From Thermodesulfobacteriota bacterium (lineage in GTDB: Bacteria > Desulfobacterota > WTBG01 > JAGOGO01), in NCBI GenBank assembly GCA_026625185.1, contig CP113000.1, positions 555,622 to 587,621 of the forward strand: a stretch of 32,000 bases of DNA, in the 5' to 3' direction. A model generated the notes under the pieces. That model ran no database searches and was not told the DNA's origin. It was given only the letters and a program-made list of their open reading frames with translations. The first letter of the stretch is position 1, and every line of letters begins with the position of its first letter. Positions 26,583 through 32,000 of this stretch are shown here, piece by piece. A program made the translations under genes and the position numbers.

Positions 26583-28238
26583 TTATTCTCTTTTAGAAAT
26601 TATCAAATAATACGTTGCTTTTTTATAATATGTTATGGGATAGACTTCAAGACTTTTTGGAGAGAGGTCTTGTGAAATTTGAGTAAATCCTTGCTGCGAT
26701 GTCAGGCAGGCTTTGGGTTCATTGTTTTTAGTCAGAAAGTTTACAACATCCGATGCGCCGGAAAACTTTGGAACCACTGTATCCAAATAAAAATCGATTA
26801 AAATCGCCTTTTCTCCGGAAAAATCGAAAAAACAAAGCGCTTCGGAGTCGGTCCGTACTTTAATGCTTTCCGCAACCTGCATAAACGGCGAGTGCTTTTT
26901 ATCCTCAAAAGAAATGAAATAATAGTAGGTCTCATAGATCAGGAGTGAGCACAAACCTATCACTACTACTTTTGCTAAGGCCTTACCCCTAAAGATGGCA
27001 TACCCTATCAATATACTCCCTCCCAGAAAAATACCCATGCTTACTAACGTAACAGCGGCAGAACGAGTAAACCACCACGCTAAAAAAGGAGCAGGCAAAA
27101 AAGTTATGAGAAAAATAAACAAGTAAAACCGTAACGGGTACTTCCAGAATCGACCAATCCAATCTTGTATAGGCGCCGCCGACAAAAACCCCTCTTTGAA
27201 AGCAGCTCCCAGAATAATGCTGTAAGCAGGAAAAATCGGAAGCAAGTAACGATAGGTTTTATTTTGTATCGGTGAAATAAAAGCTATGATGATCACGATC
27301 CAGGAAAGGAGAAACCGTTTTTCGTCCCGCTGATCAGGGTTTTGTCGGAAAAAGAAAACAACTGCCGCAGGAAGAAAAAGCGACCAGGGCGCAAACCGAG
27401 GCCAGAATTCGACTAAATAATAATAAAAAGGTTCTGGCCGGGACAGGATTTCGGATAAACTGAATTTTTCAGCCACGGTAGAAAACGGAATCCGTATTAA
27501 ATATGGTAAAACCCAGGACAAGATAATAAGCGTAAAAAAGACCAATCCCCACAAGAATCCCGGTTCGAAGAACATCTTGAGTTTATTTTTGAAAAATAGA
27601 AAAGCGGCCACTATCCCCAAATAAAATACTATGACTATTGGCCCTTTCGTCAAGGTTCCCAAAGCCATACCTACGAAAAACAGGGTAAGAAGCAAAAATC
27701 GTTTTTTTCCGGAAGAATCGTACGCTAAATAAAAACAAAGAAGGGAAAAAAGGATCAATAGAGCAATAACCATATCGGCCCGTGCAGTCCTCGCCTGCCA
27801 GAAGAATTCTTTGGAGCTTAAGAGGATAAGGGCCGCAATTGCTCCTACCCGAAAATCCCGAAACATCCTTTTTCCTAAAAAATAGGTAAGTCCGATTATC
27901 GCCACCGCGCTTAACGCGGAAGGAAGCCGTGCCGAAAAAGGTGTGACCTTCCCCAGCAATGCGGAAGGGATGGCAATAAGCCAGATTATCATTGGCGGCT
28001 TATGGAGAAAAAGTTCGCCTTCTAAACGGGGAATAATCCAATCCCCGGAGCGGATCATCTCACGCGCAACCTCAGCATACCGGATATAGCACTGATTCTC
28101 TAAACTTCGGGCGCCCAGCTGGAAAAATATGGTAACGCAAGAGATGAGAACCAAGAGAGGAAGACAAATTTTTCCCAGATCAAAGTTGTTGTGAGAAGAA
28201 AAAAATAACGAATGAGGTTTTGGTTTTATTTGGCCCAT
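26583..28238 (-). CDS. ArnT/PMT-like GT-C glycosyltransferase paralog (GT39/GT83-type), divergent
   Basis: 551 aa, polytopic. The N-terminal RYAEVAREMIRSGDWIIP...HKPP...RLPSAL aligns with the ArnT encoded at 28939-30585 but lacks its DE and FEKP acidic residues. Confidence 0.7.
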   Translation of the reverse strand: MGQIKPKPHSLFFSSHNNFDLGKICLPLLVLISCVTIFFQLGARSLENQCYIRYAEVAREMIRSGDWIIPRLEGELFLHKPPMIIWLIAIPSALLGKVTPFSARLPSALSAVAIIGLTYFLGKRMFRDFRVGAIAALILLSSKEFFWQARTARADMVIALLILFSLLCFYLAYDSSGKKRFLLLTLFFVGMALGTLTKGPIVIVFYLGIVAAFLFFKNKLKMFFEPGFLWGLVFFTLIILSWVLPYLIRIPFSTVAEKFSLSEILSRPEPFYYYLVEFWPRFAPWSLFLPAAVVFFFRQNPDQRDEKRFLLSWIVIIIAFISPIQNKTYRYLLPIFPAYSIILGAAFKEGFLSAAPIQDWIGRFWKYPLRFYLFIFLITFLPAPFLAWWFTRSAAVTLVSMGIFLGGSILIGYAIFRGKALAKVVVIGLCSLLIYETYYYFISFEDKKHSPFMQVAESIKVRTDSEALCFFDFSGEKAILIDFYLDTVVPKFSGASDVVNFLTKNNEPKACLTSQQGFTQISQDLSPKSLEVYPITYYKKATYYLIISKRE

Positions 28239-28472
28239 GTCGAAAAATTACGTTTTTAGGGTGGGGAAGTTATATGCTACCTTTTGACAACCTGATAACT
28301 GAGACTCGGTTACAAAATATTTTTTTGCAGAATAATTCCCCGTCAAAATTTAATGTGATCTCCTCTCCAAAAAAATATGCAACCCCCGCGCACCGTCCAC
28401 AACGAAAAATTTGATTTTTTTTGCTATGGATGAAGTCGTCTCTATATAGCCTTTTTCAATGGGTTCGTGCGC

Positions 28473-28751
28473 CTAAACTTTTGTTCCTTTGAGTTGGTCT
28501 CCCTTCTTGCGAAAAATGAGAACTATATTCCGAATATAAATAAACGACCCCGCGCTTTGTCCGAGAATAAAAACCGGGTCTTGCTTATAGATGGCATACG
28601 CAAGCAAGGTAAGTCCTCCGGCCAGGCTAAAATACCAGAACAGTGTAGGAATAACACTTTCTCCTTTCTGTTCCGAGGCGATCCACTGAATTATGAACCT
28701 CATGGAAAACAAAGCTTGTCCGATAAATCCGATAATGAGCCAGGTATTCAT
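28473..28751 (-). CDS. stand-alone LAB_N (lipid-A-disaccharide synthase N-terminal-like) small membrane protein
   Basis: 92 aa, three TMs. Contains GFIGQALFSMRFIIQWIASEQKGESVIPTLFWYFSLAGG and YAIYKQDPVFILGQ...YIRNI, which match my recollection of the LAB_N signature. GGGAGG ribosome-binding site. Confidence 0.7.
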   Translation of the reverse strand: MNTWLIIGFIGQALFSMRFIIQWIASEQKGESVIPTLFWYFSLAGGLTLLAYAIYKQDPVFILGQSAGSFIYIRNIVLIFRKKGDQLKGTKV

Positions 28752-28938
28752 TCAAAACCTCCCTAACGATGTTTGAGGTCACTTCCTCAGAAAATTAATG
28801 CGGTCCAAAACCTAATGGCAATAAAAAACAGAAAATAATAAATTTAAAACCATCTTTTTGCAACCCTTAAATTAGTTTTTGAAAATCTAAGGTAAAATAG
28901 GCAGCTACTTCCTCGCCTCAGCACTCCTTTATTAATTT

Positions 28939-30585
28939 TTAAGGATCCTCATAGAATTGGGCGAACACGAAACCACGGTCCCTGTCCATAAACGCTGGTT
29001 GGGGAAGCTGGTCCATGTGCCTAAAGCGTTTTTCAAGGATAATAAGCGTTATCCGTCGGGAAGGTTTCGCAACCAGCTCCCGAAACTGATCAAGAGTAAA
29101 TAAACGGTTCTTCTCGGGTGCGCGTGATATTCCGTATTCGAGTTCACCGGGTGTATCGAGCAGGCATACGTCGCTTCGCTTGTAAAACCAGCAAACCTGA
29201 GACACGAGGTAGTTATCGGAAACCAAGGTCGTGTCCGGGCTTATCCGGTTTGCATGACGCAGTAAAAACTCACCCGGGACAAGACCATATTTAAATCTCT
29301 CCGGCATGGCAGCTTCCGAGCTCAACATAAGCAACAATGGTCCAAAACAAAACCAGATAAGTTTTTGCTTAACCCCCGAGGTTTCCGCGGCAGACACCAA
29401 AAACACTGTCCAGGTCACTGCTCCCAAGAATACAAACACCAGTTTCCAGATTTCACCTGGCTCAAAAAGTTTCCATCCCAACGGAACCGGTAATACCTGG
29501 TTGAGAATTAAACCCACTGCACATGAACCGGTTACCCCAGCCAAAAAATACGCGCCAATCGTTACCCATTTTGTTTCTTTTTTGAGGTAAAGGAGAAGAC
29601 CCGCAGTAATAAGAATTACCAGAGGCTGGAAACAGGGGAGAATGTAAGTGCCGAGTTTGCCCCGTGAGGCGGAGAGGAACAAAAAAGGAAAGAGTAACCA
29701 GCAGAAGGCAAACCGGAGAAAAGAATCCTTGAGAGCTGTCTCCCTGAGGCCTGAAAAAGCGGCTGGAACGAACACCGTCCAGGGCAGCCCTCCCAGAAAC
29801 AACAGGGGAATAAAATAGTAAAAAGGTTGAGAATGCTGAGCGTGATCGGACATAAACCGTTTGATGTGTTGTACCCAAAAAAAATAGTGCCAGAAATTTG
29901 GTTCCCGTTGATGGATTATCACGCTCCATGGCAAAGCAATAAGAAAAGCAGCCAAAAGGGGTACCCAGCAAATCCTGAAAAGTTCCTGCCACCGGCGTTC
30001 CCAGATCATAAACGGCACAATCGTGATTACGGGTATCGCAAAAGCAAGGAATCCCTTGGTAAGAAATGCGAGACCGCAGAAGACTCCGAAAACTGACAGA
30101 AAGCCAATCTTTTTACCGGGCTGCTTCTCTTTATGGGCAAAAAAGAAAAAAACCATCGCGCCGGTCAAAAACATAGAAAATAGGCCGTCTAAAACATTGA
30201 AACATCCAACCCCGAAGACTTCCATAGTGGTAAGAAAAACAGCAGCAGTGCTGATGCCCGCTGAAAATCCCCCTCCGAACTTTCGGACGAACAAAAAAAG
30301 CAGCAGCGCAGACCCGCCCGTTGCGAGTGCGGACGGCAGGCGGACCGCAAAGGAGTTTTGGCCAAAAAGAAACATCGCGGCCGCATTAAACCAATATCCC
30401 ATCACCGGTTTTTCAAAATACCGGAGTCCGTCGAGATAAGGCACAACCCAATCTCCCGAAACGAGCATCTCCCGGGGAATCTCAGCATACCGGGTCTCGT
30501 CGGGGAGGGTAAGCGGTCGCATGCCGAGCGGCACAATGTAAACCAAAACAAAAAATCCGATTACCGCCAGAGCTGATTTTTTCAT
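28939..30585 (-). CDS. arnT: undecaprenyl-phosphate-L-Ara4N:lipid A transferase ArnT
   Basis: 548 aa. [45 protein letters not shown] and [19 protein letters not shown] align closely with E. coli ArnT ([53 protein letters not shown]). Confidence 0.88.
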   Translation of the reverse strand: [548 protein letters not shown]

Positions 30586-30597
30586 TGGTTAAGTCCA

Positions 30598-30984
30598 TTA
30601 CCCACTTCGAGTGATCAAAAAAACTCCAAAACAAATGACCAAAATGCCCATCCACCGTGCGAAACCAAGAACCTCTCCAAAGAGAATTTGTCCTGCTAAT
30701 GCAGTCACGATATACCCTACGCTTAACAGCGGATAAGCGTAACTCACATCCACCCGAGACAAAACCATAAGCCACACAATGATACTAAGAGCATAGCATG
30801 TCATGCCCAGGAGAATATGCGGATTAAGAGCCACCTTCAGACCAACTGATATAAAGTTTTTCGCGACAAAAGAAAACGGTCCAATGGCACGCATTCCCTG
30901 CTTGAGAAAAAGTTGGGCAGAGGCATTCAAAAGAACTCCACATAAGACCAAGGGAAGATAGCGATTCACAGGATATCCTCGCAT
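30598..30984 (-). CDS. ArnE/ArnF-like small (EamA/SMR-type) flippase subunit
   Basis: The track ORF (to 31116) overlaps arnD. The preferred start is ATG 30984 (MRGYPVNRYLPL...), 1 nt after the arnD stop, giving 128 aa and four TMs. VSYAYPLLSVGYIV resembles the ArnE/F block (GIAYPMLSLNFV / SKAYALLSMSYV). Confidence 0.7.
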   Translation of the reverse strand: MRGYPVNRYLPLVLCGVLLNASAQLFLKQGMRAIGPFSFVAKNFISVGLKVALNPHILLGMTCYALSIIVWLMVLSRVDVSYAYPLLSVGYIVTALAGQILFGEVLGFARWMGILVICFGVFLITRSG

Positions 30985-30985
30985 A

Positions 30986-31903
30986 TTAAGATAGGGTTGT
31001 TGCCTGGCAAGAAACCCATCCCTCACGGCCAGGAATTGTTTTGGGAACCATGGGAGAACATTCAAACTGCGAAGTATCAGTAAGCAAACCTCCCAAGGGG
31101 CTAAACGTTCCCCCACGGGATTGGGCCTGTTTCAGAAACTGCTCAAACATCTTAAAACAGGTCATTCCTTCTACTTCCGCGTGAATGGCCAACACATTAA
31201 GCCGGTCGGGCTTCAACAAAGAGAGGATATACTCATTATAATTGTGGTTTGAAATTCCTTTCTGTCCAATAACTTCATCATACGTTGGTAAGGTAACGGG
31301 AATTTGGGGCTGAGAAAGTGTTATTTCATTCACAATAGGGAAAAATATGCTTTTCCCCCTGCAGTCACTGTTATAGGTGAAAGGAAATGTGGCTTCTTCT
31401 TTGAGGACCTGATCATTACACTTCCATCCCGGAACCGCAGAACATGAGGGTGGCCGGTCCAAAATCGTGGTAAGCAGTGCGATGCCTTTTTTAAACGTAT
31501 CCTGGATGACATCACTGCTCATGTTATGAATATGCCTCTGCCATGCGTAGTGATCCCAGGAATGAAATCCAATTTCATGACCTGCCTCCGCTGTCGCTCG
31601 AATAAGAGGCCCCAGTTTTTCCCCGATCACGGGTCCCGGCCAAAACACACCCTTGAGAAGGATATCCCACCCATACAGTTTCGGTGCCTTGGAACGCAGC
31701 ATCTTTTTTAAAAATGCGGGACGGAACAATCGCCAAAGATGACGCCCCATATTATCCGGCCCCACCGAAAAAAAGAATGAGGCGGTGATACCAAACTCCG
31801 CTAAAAGTTTACCCAGACTGGGCACGCCGAAACGGGTGCCCCTGAAGGTATCAACGTCAATCCGCAGGCCTATACTCATGACACCGTGATTATAGCGGCT
31901 CAT
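30986..31903 (-). CDS. arnD: 4-deoxy-4-formamido-L-arabinose-phosphoundecaprenol deformylase ArnD
   Basis: GLRIDVDTFRGT, FFFSVGPDNMGRHLWRL, LYGWDILL, YNSDCRG, QIPVTLPTYDEVIG and IHAEVEG align almost block-for-block with E. coli ArnD. The start is ambiguous: TTG 31909, ATG 31903, or ATG 31879 (MSIGLRIDVD), which best matches the E. coli N-terminus. Confidence 0.9.
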   Translation of the reverse strand: MSRYNHGVMSIGLRIDVDTFRGTRFGVPSLGKLLAEFGITASFFFSVGPDNMGRHLWRLFRPAFLKKMLRSKAPKLYGWDILLKGVFWPGPVIGEKLGPLIRATAEAGHEIGFHSWDHYAWQRHIHNMSSDVIQDTFKKGIALLTTILDRPPSCSAVPGWKCNDQVLKEEATFPFTYNSDCRGKSIFFPIVNEITLSQPQIPVTLPTYDEVIGQKGISNHNYNEYILSLLKPDRLNVLAIHAEVEGMTCFKMFEQFLKQAQSRGGTFSPLGGLLTDTSQFECSPMVPKTIPGREGWVSCQATTLS

Positions 31904-31909
31904 ACGCAA

Positions 31910-32000
31910 TCACCGGTTGTCTTCATCGTATCCACCGGCGCCGATAGCTTCCCGTAAGAAAAAATCGAGGGTTTGCTCTACCGATTGCTCAAGCTCTATC
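31910..32000 (-). CDS. arnA: ArnA C-terminus (UDP-glucuronate decarboxylase domain), 5' part beyond the right window edge
   Basis: The reverse-strand reading gives IELEQSVEQTLDFFLREAIGAGGYDEDNR then stop (TGA 31910-31912). The TLDFFLR block matches the E. coli ArnA C-terminal ETLDFFLRTV. Only 29 codons are visible. Confidence 0.6.
   Translation of the reverse strand, partial: IELEQSVEQTLDFFLREAIGAGGYDEDNR

Noticed and set aside
26193-26675. 160-aa plus-strand ORF spanning the kinase-GT4 start and the intergenic gap
   Set aside because: It is antisense to two supported genes and has an AT-rich, low-complexity translation with no ribosome-binding site.
28220-28414. 64-aa plus-strand ORF in the LAB_N / ArnT-paralog gap
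   Set aside because: It starts antisense within the paralog's first codons, has no ribosome-binding site and no motif. It is probably a promoter or UTR region for the minus-strand gene.
29462-30439. 176-aa (minus) and 138-aa (plus) ORFs overlapping arnT
   Set aside because: Their Pro/Arg/Ser-rich, low-complexity translations are typical of off-frame reading of a GC-richer gene. The ArnT frame is strongly supported by homology.
30985-31116. Upstream 44 codons of the 172-aa ORF containing the ArnE/F-like protein
   Set aside because: This part lies entirely inside the strongly supported arnD coding region in another frame. ATG 30984 gives the expected ~128-aa four-TM protein.
1-32000. Looked for mobile elements, prophage, toxin-antitoxin or defence systems
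   Set aside because: I recognised no integrase, transposase, recombinase, nuclease/helicase defence signatures, terminal inverted repeats of IS size or tRNA attachment sites. The only insertion-like feature is the small tkt spacer element reported above.

Overview
This is a chromosomal, housekeeping-rich window from a diderm (Gram-negative-type) bacterium. I saw no rRNA, tRNA, CRISPR array, transposase, integrase or recognisable defence genes. All calls come from reading the sequence and the ORF track by eye; no database or HMM search was run.

Left to right:
- A minus-strand corA-glgB-GH57-malQ glycogen cluster (1-6742).
- pncA, followed by a 418-bp convergent gap with hairpins.
- ndk and adk on the minus strand.
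- GTP-type PEP carboxykinase.
- A compact SspB-like ClpX adaptor.
- A class I/II aminotransferase.
- An uncharacterised membrane protein with an internal duplication.
- A split transketolase whose two subunit genes are separated by a 219-nt spacer carrying 33-nt tandem repeats.
- The ftsE-ftsX-envC-like-ctp cluster, followed by DUF948-like and YtxH-like small proteins and a strong terminator.
- A ~9.4-kb minus-strand envelope-glycolipid locus (22660-32000). It contains the arnA 3' end, arnD, one arnE/F-like gene, arnT, a stand-alone LAB_N membrane protein, a second divergent ArnT-like GT-C enzyme, a 937-aa kinase-kinase-GT4 fusion and a CgeB-like glycosyltransferase.

The best candidate for something undescribed is the left half of that last locus: the tri-domain fusion, the ArnT paralog lacking the usual acidic motif, and the LAB_N protein. 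The transketolase intercistronic repeat element comes second. I found no clear-cut novel system beyond these.
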